Below are positions 12,864 through 27,929 of a stretch of DNA of 64,000 bases, in pieces. The position numbers were made by a program, and so were the translations under genes. The stretch covers positions 23,039-87,038 of the forward strand of contig NW_021833043.1 in assembly GCF_006345805.1 (NCBI RefSeq). The letters run 5' to 3'. Within the stretch, counting starts at the first letter, position 1. The number at the start of each line of letters is the position of its first letter. Source of the stretch: Octopus sinensis (lineage: Eukaryota). The notes beneath the pieces are model-generated. The model searched no databases. It saw only the letters and a program-made list of their open reading frames with translations, and was not told the DNA's origin.

Positions 12864-15800
12864 TCCAACCATCTCGTTCCACATCTACTCTTGGGTTTCC
12901 TGTCAGTTATCACGTCCCGCGATCTTTTCTCTCAATCTGGAGAAAGTTGTGACTCGACCTGGAGAGACTCTCCGATCTCTCTGCTATGCATTCTGTCCAG
13001 TAACATTACTCAAAAGATTCCCCGGAGGACTCCCACTTGAATTTGCGATCGTAATAAAATAAGCCGGAGTTGTCTCCCATCCTTGCCAAAATTGGTTTCA
13101 AATTTTGGCACAAGGCCTGCGATTTCGGAGACGGGGAGGCGTCTATTACATCGACCTTGTGCTCAACAGATACTTATTTCATCGATCCCGAAAGGATGAA
13201 AGGCATAGTCGACTTCGGTGCAATTTGAACGCAGAACTTAAAGACAGACAAAATGCCGCTAAGCGTTTTGACTAGCCTCATAAGGATTCTAGCAGCTCGC
13301 CAGAATTATTAAAATAGCACTCATTGAGCGAATGCTGTCATTTCATCACCGCACAGTTTACTTCTAATTAGATTCTCGTTAAATTAAATTTGTAAACGCA
13401 AACTTAACTATATTTGGTAAACGGTAATACATGAGTTTGACACGTTCCAATGTCGAAACTCTTGGCCTTCGAGTCACTTTGTAAATTTTACCAATTTTAC
13501 AAAATTTATTTCGAACGAGGGTATGCAGGGGAGATAATTCAACGGGGGAGACAACTCTTGATTTTATACGACATTAAATTCGAAATAGTTTAGTGTAGAT
13601 TTCGTTGCGCTTTTATTATTTTTTTAATTTAACAGATATAACGGATTTTCTTATTTTTGCATGTTCGGAGTATAGAAGTGCGATAGAACTCGAGTCCAAA
13701 GAATCAAAATATAGGTCAGAAAAGAATTATATTACCAACGGTTTTAAATGCGCTGGGTAATCTATCACATACCACAGCTTCACATAACAGACTGGTCAAA
13801 TAGAGATGTGATCATAGCTATACTATAAAATATGTAGTACTATAGATTGAGTAAAGAGATCGAATACTAGCTACAGAATTGTAGGGGTAGCTATAGAAGT
13901 ATGATGGAAACAACAGAGGTATATGGTATTTTAACGTGTATAAGGAACCTTTTATGTCAAAAATTAGGTTTGAAAAATATGGGAGTTTTTTTATACATGG
14001 ATAGTATTATAATCCCTTACGAGACCTTTTTCTCCATATTTTTAAGCCCCCAAAATTAGGGGGTTCCTTATACACGTTATATGGTGGCAAGCGTTATAAA
14101 GGTGTAATTTCAGGTATGGTGGTCGTAGTAAAAGTTATACATGTCTAGTAGTAGCTATCAGTATACTGGTACATACTGAAGTGCCATGATAGCTGTAGAT
14201 ATGTGTGTAGATATAGAAGTGTGGTGATAGTTGTAGATGTATGAGAGCATGAGAGTTGTAGATGTATTAGAGTATTTGGCACACGATTATAGGCGTCGTG
14301 AGTTCGATTCCTAGAGCAAGACACTTTATTTCACGCTGTTCCAGGGCACTCAGCTAGCAAAAAATGAGTTGTACCCTGTAATTCAAGTGGGCCAGCCTAA
14401 TCAAACTCCGTGTCCTGCTGAATTTCCCTGAGGAGTATGTTAGGAGTATGCATGTCTGTGGAGTACTCAGCCAATTGCACATTAACTTCACAAGTAGACC
14501 TGTAGTGGATTGCCAGTTAGTTATAGATGTCCAGAGGTGGCTGAACAGATGCAATGAGAATTATGGATGTCAAAAGAAAAAAAACTGATGATGATAATGA
14601 ACCACTTACACTAAGATTTTTTTTAACTTAAAATGCAGAGGGATAAGTCTGGAATACCATGAGGCACTTAATCTAGTGCACTACCATTCCTGCAAACTAG
14701 ACTCACCAATCAGATATCAGTCATGTGCAAAGTGCTAGAAATAACAGCAAAATCTCAAATCTCTCATTAGGTTTATCTTGAAGCAAAGTAATAACCACTG
14801 TTTGAGAGTTGAAGTATACGTGACTGTGCAGTAAGAAATTTGCTTCTCAACCACATAGTTCTGGGTTCAGTCCTACTGCATAGAACCCTTGGGCAAGTGT
14901 CTTCTACTATAGCTTCAGGTCTTCCAAAATCTTGTGAGTGGTTATAGTCGATGGAAACTGAAAGAAACCTATCATGTGTGGGAGGGGATGTCTTTACCCC
15001 CATCCACTGCTTGACAACCAATGTTGGTGTGTATATGTCCCCATAACTTAGCAGTTCAGTAAAAGAGACCAAAAGAATAAGTAGCAGGCTTGAAAAACAA
15101 AATTAAGTACTGGCGTCAGTCTGTTCAACTAAAATTCCTCAAGGCAGTGCCCCAGCATGGCCACAGTCTGACAGAAAGAGCCAAATCTCTTGAAAATCGT
15201 ATTCAATGGCTTAAAAATAATGAAAAGTCATATCAGAAACTATAGGGGGAGCCACATGAGAGCTGACGAAAAGATGCCGTTGATCAGAGATTTGCTGGAC
15301 CAGAGCAGCTGTGTTGTTAAACAACAAATACTAGTAATTATTATAACTTTAACTTAATTGCAAACCCAGATTATTAATTAACTAAAGAACAAATTAATAT
15401 ATTAATTGTTTCTGTGGATATTGAACCACTTAACGAACAAAAATAAATATGAAAGATATTTCCAGATTATAATTAAACCAGAAAAAAAATTACAGAATGT
15501 GAACTAACGAGAGAACCATTAATCAATCAATCCACCTCTAAAAGACATATTTGTTACAAACAGATGTAGTTGGATGGTTAAGAAGCTTGGTTTGCAATCA
15601 TGAAGGTCGGGGTTCAATCCCACAACAAGGCATTTTCAGCGAGTATTTTCACCTTGAATTGATCCGAGTGACAGTGTGTAAAGGGAAACTGTGAGGAAGC
15701 TTCCTCCTCCTTATCATCATCATTTAATGTCTATTCTCCATGCAAGCATGGGTTGGATGGTATGACAAGATGTGGTCAGCTGAAGAGCTGCCCAGGTTCT

Positions 15801-17395
15801 GAACAAATTATGCCTGTAATTCAAAGAGCCAGTCTTGACACACACACATACACATGGTGCCATGCTGTCAGTTTGTCTGAGGATTATGCAAAAGGTACAG
15901 GAGCCTGTTGAATAGTCAACCAGTCATCATACAGTAACAGTTCTTAATTCCACACGAAGAATTCATGAGTGGAGGCACGTGGTTTAGTGCTTAGGGTGTT
16001 GGGCTCATAAGATTGTGGTTTCGATTCCTGGGCCGGACGACGTGTTATGTTCTTGAGCAAAACACTTCATTTCACATTGTTCCAGTCCACCTAGCTGGCA
16101 AAAGCGAGCAAGCCTGTGATGGACTGGCATCCTATCCAGGTGGGGGATGTATACGCCATGAAACCAGGAAATCAGCCCTTATGAGCCAGCATGACTCAAG
16201 AAGCTAACTTTACATACTTTTTTTTTTATTTTTTACCAAGAAAGCCTCATGATAGCAAAGGAGAATGGGCACCTGCCAGCCCGCCTAAAAGTTGGGGTGG
16301 GCTGCACCTGCCTACCTCAAAAAGGAAGCTGCAAACAAGATGCCCAAAACCGGGTAAGATGGTGAGAGGATGGTTGCTACTGCATTGAGGTAGATCCGGC
16401 CAGCTCTGTTAACGGGGACAAAACCCGAACTTAAAATACTGAATGATGATGATGATGATGACTGATGACCAAGAATTCATTTAAATACAGGAAAACAACA
16501 TAAAGTAAAAAACAGCCTGGAGCAAACTGTGGCCTGTGGCAATTTCTGAATGAAATGCCTAGCAAAAAAATTTATTTGAGTGATGTGACCTGCTTGATGA
16601 TGAGCCCATGTCTCATGCGGCCCACTTCTCAAGAATTGTTGCCTGAACTGGGAATAAAGCAAACGCCAGGTGTCTTAATTTTTATTAAGGTACACGTATG
16701 GCTGTGTGGTACAGAAGCTTACTTCACTGCCACCCATTTCTGAGTTCAGTCCCACTGCATGGCACGATGAGCAAGTGTTTTCTATTATAGCACCAGGTTA
16801 ACCAAAGCCTTGCAAGTTGGATTTGGTAGATGGAAACTGAAGGAAGCCCATCGTATGTGCGTGTGTGGGAGGGGTGATTGTGTGTTACTGCCTCCTTGTA
16901 TTGACAGCATGCAACAGTTGTAAACGAGTATCACTGTCATGCAAGCAGGGTCTTTGTTTCCAGTCTTCTGAGAAATGTCTGGTCTTGAGAAATATCACCT
17001 TACTTTGAACCAGGTGAGGGTTGGCAACAAGAAGGACATCAAGCTGCAGAAAATCTGCTTCAACGAATTCTATCCAATACATGCAAGCATGGAGAAGTAG
17101 ACATCATGATGAACATAATGCTGATTGTGATGATGATGATTGTGATGATGATGGTGGTGATGATGATGATGATGATGAGGATGATGATCTCCCCTTTACA
17201 GGTCAGTAAATAAATATATAATAAAAGGTACAGCCAGCCATCACTTAAGAGCAAATATAACTAAGAGACGGAGAGAGAGAAAGAGGGGAGAGGAGGAGGG
17301 AGGGAGAGAGTGGAGGAAGAGGGAAACAGACCGATACAGAGAGAGAAACAGAGAAAGAGAGAAATAGAGAGAGAGAAACTGGGAGAGAAAGAAAC

Positions 17396-17430
<35 letters not shown>

Positions 17431-18019
17431 TAGAAGCAGAGAGGGAGAAAGGGAGAAAGGAGAGCATCAGTACCAAACTGGACCTCATTATAGCTGACCA
17501 GGCTGGAGCAATGATAAGTGAAATGCCTTGCTCAAGGATACAATGTGGTACCTGCCCCAGGAATTGCCCGCACACTTATGACCATGAGCCAAACTCCCTA
17601 ATCACTAAGCCATACACCTTTAAATTGCCAGGTACGATAACAAAAGAGACCTGACTGCTATTTCCAGCAAATGGAGTGACCACATATAAAGGCTCCATAT
17701 GTGTGTGTGACAGGTTGGAATATCAAAAACAAAAAAAAATACATTCCAAGTGAGAGACGCTAATTAAAAGCAAGCTCTGAGTGTAATAATAATTAGCAAA
17801 AGAAGGCAGCCATCAACGCAGAATAAATTACATACCAAAGTTTTGTCGTTAGTTTTAGTTAAGTGTATATTCATAATTAACTTTAAAGACTTGTTAATTA
17901 GAAACTAATAGAAATATTTATTGTACATCAGTTAAGATATTTTTTTACTTCTGAATTTTAACCTATTTGATTAGTTTTACAGAGAAGAACTTATATAGAA
18001 GGTTCCAGTTAATCTAAAC

Positions 18020-19025
18020 CAGGCCTGGCCAACTCGAATTACATTGCAGGCCACTTTAATCAGAGAAAGTTTTTTGAGGGCCGCTTGTATACTTTATGAA
18101 ACTAAATTACAGAATCAAGAATTTTTCATACTTTTCATTTGTTTAACCCTTTCATTACCAACCCGGCTGAAACTGCCTCTGGCCCTGTAGTACAAATGTC
18201 TTGTTTTCATAAGTTTTGAATTAAAATCTTCCACCAAACCTTAGTCACAATTTATGTTCCTAACACTAGCTTAAAGATAATGAACTTATTTTACTAAATT
18301 CTATGTTATACTTAAAATTAAATATAAAATTAAAGAAACACAGAGCATCTCAACAGAAATATGGTAACAAAAGGGTTAGCGAATGATTAATTTAACCCTT
18401 CTGATATCAGCCTGGCTGAAACTGGCTCTGGCTCTGAGTGCAAATGTTTTGTTTTAATAAATCTTGAATTGAAATCTTCCATCAAACCTTAGTCACAATT
18501 TATTTTCCTGACACTAGCTGAATGGTAACTAAGTTATTTTACTAAATTCTTTGTTATATTTAAAATTAAGTGAAAGAAACACAGAGCCTCTCAACAGAAA
18601 TATGGTAACAAAAGGGTTAGTAAATAATTAATTTAACCCTTTCGATACCAACCCGGCTGAAACTGCCTCTGGCTCTGAGTACAAATGTCTTGTTTCATAA
18701 GTGTTGAATTAAAATCTTCCACCAAACCTTAGTCACAATTTATGTTCCTAACACTAGCTGAATGATAACTAAGTTATTTTACTAAATTTTTTGTTATATT
18801 TAAAGTAATTGAAAGAAATACAGAGCATCTCAAAATAAATACAGTAATGAAAGGGTTAAAATTATAAAATTGTAGGTTATCGTTTTAATGTCACTTATGA
18901 ATTTTAAATTTATTTTGAATCAAATGTTTAACACAAACAATTTTATTTTGAAATTAAACACACTACTTCAAGAAAGTATCAAGTGGGCCGTATGCAACCT
19001 GCAGGTCTCAGGTTGGCCAGCCCTG
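18020..19025. mobile_element. Non-autonomous hAT element with 8-bp target-site duplication
   Basis: TIR cagg(c/g)ctggccaac at both ends. TSD atctaaac at 18012-18019 and 19026-19033. An 8-bp TSD is the hAT signature. Confidence 0.85.
18143..18859. mobile_element. Three tandem ~229-bp piggyBac-like MITE units nested in the hAT element
   Basis: Each unit runs ccctt...aaggg (18147-18375, 18396-18616, 18637-18855). Outer flanks are TTAA, with 20-nt linkers between units. Confidence 0.8.
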
Positions 19026-20199
19026 ATCTAAACATTTCCTTAAAAGTGTATGTGTGTGAATGTGTGTGAACATATGACATATGTACATGTGTGAATGTGG
19101 CACTATGTATGTATGTATGTACATATGTGTGCACATGTTTGTATGTATATTGTTTGTTTGTATATGAATGAGTTGTGTATGTATCTGATAGTCTTTGTGT
19201 CTGTGTGCATATCTGTGTGTGTGTGTATATCTAACTGTGCATGAGTGTTAGATATGGATGTGTGTCAAATTGTGTACATGTATGAGTGCCTGTGTGTGTG
19301 TGTGTGTTCATGAAGCTGTGAAAGTGGCTAATATAACTAGAAAGTCCTTAAGGCTAGACATGGTCGAAAGCTTTACAGCTGTCAAGTAATACAACATTGC
19401 TTTGAACCAAACATTATCAAAGAGAAAGAGAGAGAGAATGAGGATTGAAGGAGGTGTTTGTATGCAATTGTTTCCAATACCATTTGAAGTTGTTGCAGCT
19501 TAGTTTCAGAACACCTGCTCCAGAAGACCTTGTGATCAGACATTCCAGAAGTGACCATCCATTGTTTTTCTTACATGTAGGGAAAGCTAAGACTACATTA
19601 TTCAACATGTTTCTTTTTTTTTTTTTTAACCTAAGTTGGTGAAGCATGATTCGAGGGAGATCTGGCTGCTATTCCTAGCAACATAGAGGCTCTCTCTCTC
19701 TCATCAGCTTGAGATATTGGAAGTGAAACTGAGAGCGAAACAAGATGGAAGAATCAGAGAGGTTAGACTTAGTGAGCAAAAGGGACATACTTCAACCACA
19801 GGTCTCCCTAGAATGGAATACAGATACCAGGAGGAGGAGAAGAAAGAGGAACTAAAGTGTTTGGTAAAGATGGGAGTTAATGAAGGTCTGGTCAGAATAA
19901 TAACGTGAAAGTTTGATGAGGATATATACATATGCATATATGGGAATCATATATATATATTTATATAGACACACACATAAACACAGAGTTAACACTCATG
20001 TATAATCATATACAAGATCTACACTTCATACATACATACATACAGAGAGAGGGGGAGAAAGAGAGAAGGGTGAGCAGACAAAAAGACAGACAGACAGAAA
20101 TAATACAAATGTATTTAACCATATACATTGAACTACAGACACAAATATATATATATTATATATATATATATAAACATACATGCATATAATATATTATAC

Positions 20200-20232
<33 letters not shown>

Positions 20233-20884
20233 CACACACACACATATATATAATATATACACACATATACACACACACACGCATGTGTGCATGCACACAC
20301 ACACACAACACACACAAAAGAATACTACATGAGCTCCTACTTCGCTAAAGATAGTAGTCAAAATACTTCTGTGCCATGGAAGAAACACAAAATTAAAGCA
20401 GGCTGGCTTATGTTCACTACCACCAGTGATGGTATTTTAAAAAATAACATCGCTCTCATATTTACTTATATACACATATATATACACATATATATACACA
20501 TGCCTACAGAGTATAAATAGCTAGTCATATATATATACATAACCATATACACAGATATCTATGCGTCATCGTATACATGTATCTGTACACTAATAGACAC
20601 ATATATACCTACCTACCTTAAATACACAGAGGACGACAACGTCACGATGTATTTGCCAGTCATAGTTGAAGAAGGGACAATGATTGCAATAAAATGGTTT
20701 CGTGAAGCAAACAAACAAACAAACAATGAAAATAAAAAAATAAAATCATCTGAAAATGGAAAACAAATGAAACAATACCAGAATGTAAAAAAAAATTAAA
20801 AAATTAAAAAAACAGGATGAAACAACAAAACAAAATAAACAAATGAAAGAAAAAGCAAAATAATGAAAGCAATAAACATATAGT

Positions 20885-20927
<43 letters not shown>

Positions 20928-20929
20928 GA

Positions 20930-21677
20930 TAATGGTTTCAAATTTTGACACAATGCCAGCAATGTTACCATCAGTTTCACATGGACTATTACACTTCACA
21001 ATATTCTTTTCTGTTCTAGGCACAAGGCCCGAAATCTTTGGGGAGGGGGGCCAGTCGATTAGATCAACCCTAGTACTGAACTAGGACTTAATTTACCAAG
21101 CCCAAAAGGATGAAAGGCAAAGTCAACCTCGGCAGAATTTGAACTCAGAATGTACGAATGATTCTGTCAGCTTGCTACCTTAATAATTATAATCCTTTCT
21201 ACTTTAGGCACAAGGAGTGAAATTGGTGGGGGAGGGCTACTCAATTACATCAACTCCATTAATCAATGGGTACTTGTTTTATTGACCCCGAAAGAATGAA
21301 TAAAGGTAAAGTCGACTTTGGCAGAATTTGAACTCAGAACCTAAAGATAGACAAAATAGTGCTAAACATTTTGCCAAGCATGCTAACAACTCTGCCAGCT
21401 CGCTACCTTAATAATAATGATGGCGATGGTGGTGGTGGTGGTGATGATGGTGGTGGTGGTGGCGGTGATGGTGATGATGAGGGTTTCAAATTTTGGCAAA
21501 AGACCAGCAATTTCGGGAGAGTGGGGTTAAGCTGATTACATCAACCCCAGAGCTCAACCCTGAAAGGATAAAAGGCAAAGTCGACCTCAGCGGAACTTGA
21601 ACTCAGAACGTAAGGATGGATGAAATGCCGCTAAGCAGTTCAACCGGTGTGCCAACGATTTTACCAGCTCGCTGCCT

Positions 21678-21730
<53 letters not shown>

Positions 21731-21736
21731 ATAGTA

Positions 21737-21792
<56 letters not shown>

Positions 21793-22020
21793 CCTTTCTA
21801 CTAAAGGCATGAGGCCTGAAATTTCAGGGGAGGGAGTAAGTCGATTACATCAACCCCAGTGTATAACTGGTGCTTAATTTATCGACCCCACCAAGGACAA
21901 AAGGCAAAGTTGACTTCGGCAGAATCTGAACAAAGAATGTGAACACAGATGAAATGCCACAAAGCATTTCAACCGGCATGCTAACAATTTTGCCAGCTCA
22001 CCACCTTAATAATGATGATG

Positions 22021-22064
<44 letters not shown>

Positions 22065-22280
22065 CTTTTCTATTATAAGCAAAAGGCCTGAAATTTTGGG
22101 GGAGAGGGAGGGTCAATTACATTAACTCCAGTGTTTCATTGGTACTTAATTTATTGACCCTGAAAGGATGACAGGCAAAGTTGACCTTGGTGGAATTTGA
22201 ACTCAGAATGTAGCAACAAGTGAAATAGCACTAAGTATTTCATCCAGTGTGCTAACGATTCTGCCAACTCACCTCCTTAA
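20930..22280 (-). mobile_element. SINE family A cluster (5-6 copies)
   Basis: Head-to-tail copies separated by (AAT)n/(GGT)n/(AGT)n. Confidence 0.85.
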
Positions 22281-22287
22281 TAATAAC

Positions 22288-22329
<42 letters not shown>

Positions 22330-22639
22330 TAGATAAATTCAAGATTTAAGCATACAACTTAGTTAGTTATAATATGAAATAATAGATACAAGAGGGTGGG
22401 GGTGGAGTTCAATAGAAAAAAAGCTTAATTAAATAACTACTTAATCAATAAACAATTCAGTTGCTTATTATCTCTGAATAGTTTTGGTTTACCAACGTTT
22501 ATGATTTTGAGTTTTTTCAGTTAATTAACAACAGACGTTATCAACATACCTTGGGATTACAATGAACTTCTTTTTTTTACTTTTATTAAAAGCAAAATAT
22601 CTCATTTAATTGCATTCCACAACATATTATACGTTTATA

Positions 22640-23543
22640 CAGCTATGTATACAAATATATATATAAATAATATATACATATATATAACACATACATGCAT
22701 ATTACATTATATATTATACATATATACTTACATATACTTTATATATATATATATATATATATGTATATTATAACATATATTATATATATATATACACACA
22801 TACACACATATATATATATATATATATGCATACATATACATTATATATGTAAATAGATATATACATATGCATACAATATACATATATAACATATGCATAC
22901 ATATACATATATATATGTATATATATATACATATGTATATACATATATATATGTGATATATATAGACATATGTATATACATATGTATATATGTAGATATA
23001 TATACATATGTATAACATATTATATATGTATATCTATATACATATGTTATACATATATATATGTTATATTATATACATATGTCATAATTACATATATATA
23101 TATGTATATATATATATACATATGTATAGTACATATATATATATGTATGTAGATACATATATATATATGTATATATATATCATATATATATATATGTATA
23201 TATATATATACATATGTATATACTAGTAGTACGAGATAGAGGGTATCCTAGATATAAATAATAATATATATAGGGTATATAGATATGACCGTTGGATATA
23301 CATATAGATCTATGTATATATATACATAGTATATACATATATATAATAATATATATATGTATATATATATATATACATATGTATATACATTACATAATAT
23401 ATATATATATATATATATAATGTATATAGTATACATATGTATATACATATACATATGTATATATATGTATATATATAACATATGTATATACATATCATAT
23501 ATATATATATATGTATATATATATACATATTCTATACATATAC

Positions 23544-23575
<32 letters not shown>

Positions 23576-23760
23576 CGATATATTATATATATGTATATAT
23601 ATATACATATGTATATACATATACATATATAATATAATATATATAATGTATATATAATATACATATGTATATACATATCATATATAATATATATATATAT
23701 TACATATATATATACACACACACACACATATATATATATAATATATATATATATTATAAT
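22640..23760. repeat. Complex (TA)n/(CATA)n microsatellite block (similar blocks at ~28860-29195, 42200-43220, 47890-48880, 52600-53110, 59310-59640 and 63850-63995)
   Basis: Low-complexity dinucleotide repeats. These generate most of the spurious YIYI ORFs. Confidence 0.95.
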
Positions 23761-23904
23761 TATATACATACGTACAATGCAGCAATGGAATGCAAATAAC
23801 ATAGGATTCTTGTATGTGGAGACAAACTTCATCTCTGGAATGCAATTAATATGCAATTCCTTGCGTGCATGTGTGTGTGTATGTGTGATCAGCACCATTT
23901 TGAC

Positions 23905-24165
23905 AGCTGGTTTTCAAAGCTTGTGTTGACAGGATGTGTCCTTTTCCAGCACAGTATTTGGCCTCCTGTAGAGTTTCCTTGTTTTCTTTTTAGAAATTTC
24001 GGCCTCAGAGAAAGGATCTCTTTGTTGCCAGCACAAGAACAAGACCCTTCAATTTTTTCCTACCCATATCTTTCTTTCTCCAGCTGTCAAAGGGCATGCT
24101 CAGCCACTGCTAATTTGGTAATCTAGCTATCAACAGAAGCTATCAGCTACTTCTATGGAGTCTTC
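23905..24165 (-). mobile_element. Degenerate RTE-clade LINE ORF fragment (region after the RT domain)
   Basis: Frameshifted translation gives SIEVADSFC..DQISSG..VLATK, resembling the RTE segment LEVVDSFCYLGDQISSGG...LLATKGLSL. Confidence 0.65.
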
Positions 24166-24729
24166 TAAGTAGCAGAAAAAATGTATTTCACCGGTACAGC
24201 CATGGTTGTGTGGCTGTGACATTTGCTTCCCAAACACATGGGCACAAGGTCTTGGATTCAACCTCACTGCTTGGCACCTTGGGAAAGTGTATTCTACTAT
24301 AGGCCAGGGCTGACTCAGATTGTAAAGACAGGGGAAATACTGCTAAGCATTTTATCCAGCATGCTAACAATTTTGCCAGCTTGCCACCTTTAATAATAAT
24401 AATAATAATAATGATGATAATAATAATGGTTTCAAATTTTGCCACAAGGGCAGCAATCTTGTGGGAGGAGATAAGTCGATTACATCAACCCCAGTGTTCA
24501 ACTGGTACTTATTTTATCGACCCTGAAAGGATGAAAGGCAAAGTCAGTCTCAGCGGAATTTGAACTCAGAACATAGTGGCAGACGAAATACTGCTAAGCA
24601 TTTCGTCCAGCATTCTAATGATTCTGCCAGCTTGCCACCTTAAACGTAAAGACAGACAAAATTCCCATGAAGCATTTTGCCTGGTGTGCTAACAATTCTG
24701 ACAGCTTGCCACTTTTGATAATAATAATA

Positions 24730-24789
<60 letters not shown>

Positions 24790-24929
24790 ATTTATGACAA
24801 CACCAAGATCAACATGCCATTTTTGTTTGAGAGCATGAGACTCAGGAAGGTATATCTATGAAGTGGGCAACAAGATGAGTCAAAGATATATCAATTTGAT
24901 ATCTCATGCTAGAATGCTGAATTAGCCCA

Positions 24930-25600
24930 GTACAAGATGTCCAACCAGTCAGTTTACCCAGGACAAAATATCAGATAAGTTAACCCGGTACAAGGTGTGA
25001 AATAAATTAACCCAGTAAAAAGATGTCAACTAAAATTAATTCGGTACAAGACATCAAGTCAGTTATCCCAATATGTCGATTCAGTCAGGTTAACACAGTA
25101 TAAGATGTCACATCAATTGACCCAGTACAAGATGTCAGATTTGTTAACTGAGAACAAGTAAAAACAGTCAGTTCAGGTAAATATAAGATGCTAATTAACC
25201 TTGTAACGAATGTCAAGATAATTAGTGAACCCATAGCAAGAAAACAAAGTCATCACACAAAATACCCAATTCAAAATTTACCCAAGTACAAAATGAAAGG
25301 CGAGCTGTAACCCAGAATAACATGCTAAAGAAGTTAGCTAATCTGTTGTAACATGCCACAGCAGTTAGTAAACTCAATAGAAAATATCAAGATGGTTAGC
25401 TACCCTAAAGCAAAACACTTCGGTAATTAACCAATCCAGCATAAAACATCACAGTGGTTAGTTAACTGAATACAAAATGCTAGAGAAGTTAATTAACCAA
25501 GTACATAAAATACCACATTGAGGAGGGTAATCCAGTACAAAATACCAAAGTGGTTAGTTAAGCCAGTACTAAACACACAGGGGTTAGTTAACATAGTGCA
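24930..25600. repeat. Degenerate ~30-40-bp minisatellite
   Basis: Recurrent (t)taacccagtacaagatgtc / agtacaaaata motif. Confidence 0.6.
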
Positions 25601-27887
25601 AAATACAAAACCAGTAAGCTGGTTAGATACATAAAATGCTGAAGAAGGAAAAGGGATAAAAGGGATAAAAGAAGAACCCAGGTGAGCCTGGAATGGAAAT
25701 TGGAAAAGTCGAGGCTTAAACTGAATGTGGAAGGGTTGAAGCGTTTCGGTTTTTGTACGTGATAGGGAGTTTGATGATGGTTGGAGAGGAGGGAGAGAAA
25801 GAGAGGGAGAGACAGAGACAGACGGGAGAGAGAGAAAGAGTGAGAGAGGGGGAGAGAGAGAGAAAGACAGACAGACAGGGGGTTAAGAGAGAGAGTGAGG
25901 GAGCAAGAGAAAGAGTTGGGGTAAGTGAGTGGAATCAGGATAGATAAAGTGAGAGCAAAAGAGCAAGAATGATGGAATGAAGGAGAGAAAGAGAGAGGGA
26001 GAGAGAGAGAGAGATGGTGGAAAAGAAAGTGTAGAGAAGATGAAGAGAGAAAGAGAAAGTGAGAAAAGGGAGAGAGTAGAAGAGGGAGTGAAAGAAACAA
26101 GAGAAAGAGTGAATTAATTAACCAAAAACATAAAGGAGAATTAGGATGGGGGTGGGTGAGTGGGTGCAAGGAGGAAGGAAATATGGGATGAGGGAGAGGA
26201 AGAGGAGAGAGCAAGGGAGAGAGAGTAAAGAGAAGATGGAGAAATGAATAGAGAGGGGAGGAGAAGAGAGTGAAAAGAAATCAAGAGAGAGTTGGGATAA
26301 GCAAGGAGAATTAGGATAGGGGATGAGGAAAGATGGGAAGATGGAAATGAAGAGAGGATGAAGAAGAAAGTATAGAGAGAGAAAGAGAGAGGGGAAAGAG
26401 AGAAAGAGAATGTGAGAGAGAGAATAGAGTATTACAGTTATTGCCTGGTTACAAACTGATTAGCTTTGGTAATGATTTCCAAGATAAGAGCAGAACTAGA
26501 AGTTAGCACTGATACATGTGTGTGTATATGTATGTTAACATATGTTTATAGGTACGTGTGTACATATTTAGATGTGTGTGTGTGTATGTGCGTGTGCGTG
26601 TGTATGTGTGTGTGTCAGGGGTGGTTCACCATGGTTACAGAGAGTGTGATGTACATTGCACAGCAGATTAAATCTGAACCATTTGTTTCCTCATACACAG
26701 GCCTCTTGTGCAAATAATGTTTGTTCCTTCTCGAGCTACGCCTGGTTCATAAGGGCTGGTTTCCCCGGTTTCCTTGGTGTATAGGTTCCCCACCCAGACA
26801 GGACGCCGGTCTGTCGCAGGTGAGCTACAAGATGCAGGAGGAAAGAGTGAGAGAAAGTTGTGGCGAAAGAGTCAGCAGAAGTTCACCATTACCTTCTGCC
26901 GGACTCGCGTGGAGCTTAAGTGTTTCACTCATAGATGCACACATCGCCTGGTCTGAGATTCGAACCCACGATCCCTCGACCATGAGTCCGCTCCTCTAAC
27001 CACTAGGCCATGTGCCTCCACTGTGCAAATAACAGTGTTTCTTTATTGAGAAAGATTAGCTCAGGCACGACCCTGCGGTTAAGACGTTTCTGACACAATT
27101 CTGTGATTCCAGGGTCAACACCACTTTGCACCAACATAGGCAAGCATGTCCTCTGCCACAGCTTCATGTTGACTCATCTCTATCACTGTGCAATGTCCTT
27201 GAAGTTAGTCATCCAATCATCCAGTTTAGCAACACCAGATGGTTGGTTGTTACATTTAGAAGTGTCAACCTCATCTGTCCAGCATCCAGAGAAGCCCAGT
27301 CACTGAGTTGTGGCTTCATTTCTTCTCAAACCATCACCACCAGCATTGAAGACAAAGCACTGAGCCTCTGTATGGTCATATGATCTTCTAGAAACAATAG
27401 TCAAATCTCCCTCAGATCGTTCAGTACTATCTTTAAAAGGGTCAGAGGCATTGGATATGTAGTACCCAGCTTCTCTGCGCATGAGTAAAAGATAGTGTGG
27501 TCATAGATGGAATAGTTTTGATCACAGATCTGCTTGGCCAGGGTTGACCTAGGGCTAAACAGCAATAATAACAACAAGACCCTTCCAAGCATGTGTAAGT
27601 ATTGTATGTATGCATGTGTCTATAAATATATATGTATGCATGTGTGTGTGGGGGGGGGGGGGGTAATTAAAGAGTGAAGTACTGAATGCTTCATGCAATA
27701 ACTTTACAATTTTATGAATTTCCAGCTGAGTTAGACACACAAAAAAAATTAAACCTAGTAGCAATTGTTAGCAACACTCAAAGAAAAGGGGAGATAAATA
27801 TCAAGATAATGAAGAATATATTTGTCAAGTTAATTTACATGCTTAGGGAAATGACAGTCTGATCCTTGCGTGCAGATCAAGGGATAA

Positions 27888-27929
27888 CTATGGACATATG
27901 TTTCAGGCTATTTGACCTCATCAGCATAG
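27888..27929 (-). ncRNA. Minimal type I hammerhead ribozyme motif (Penelope-type), core intact
   Basis: Minus strand: CUAUG-CUGAUGA-GGUcaaauaGCC-U-GAAA-CAUAUG-UC/CAUAG. Stem I is a perfect CUAUG/CAUAG, stem III is the self-complementary ACAUAUGU, and the cleavage triplet is GUC. Confidence 0.7.

Noticed and set aside
20617-20749. Strong acceptor plus gtaggt donor (133 nt)
   Set aside because: Content is U-rich and intron-like, and the length would shift the frame.
27380-27480. KIVLNDLREI resembling DKDLREIQ
   Set aside because: Flanked by stops, with no NF.DPL motif and no splice signals.
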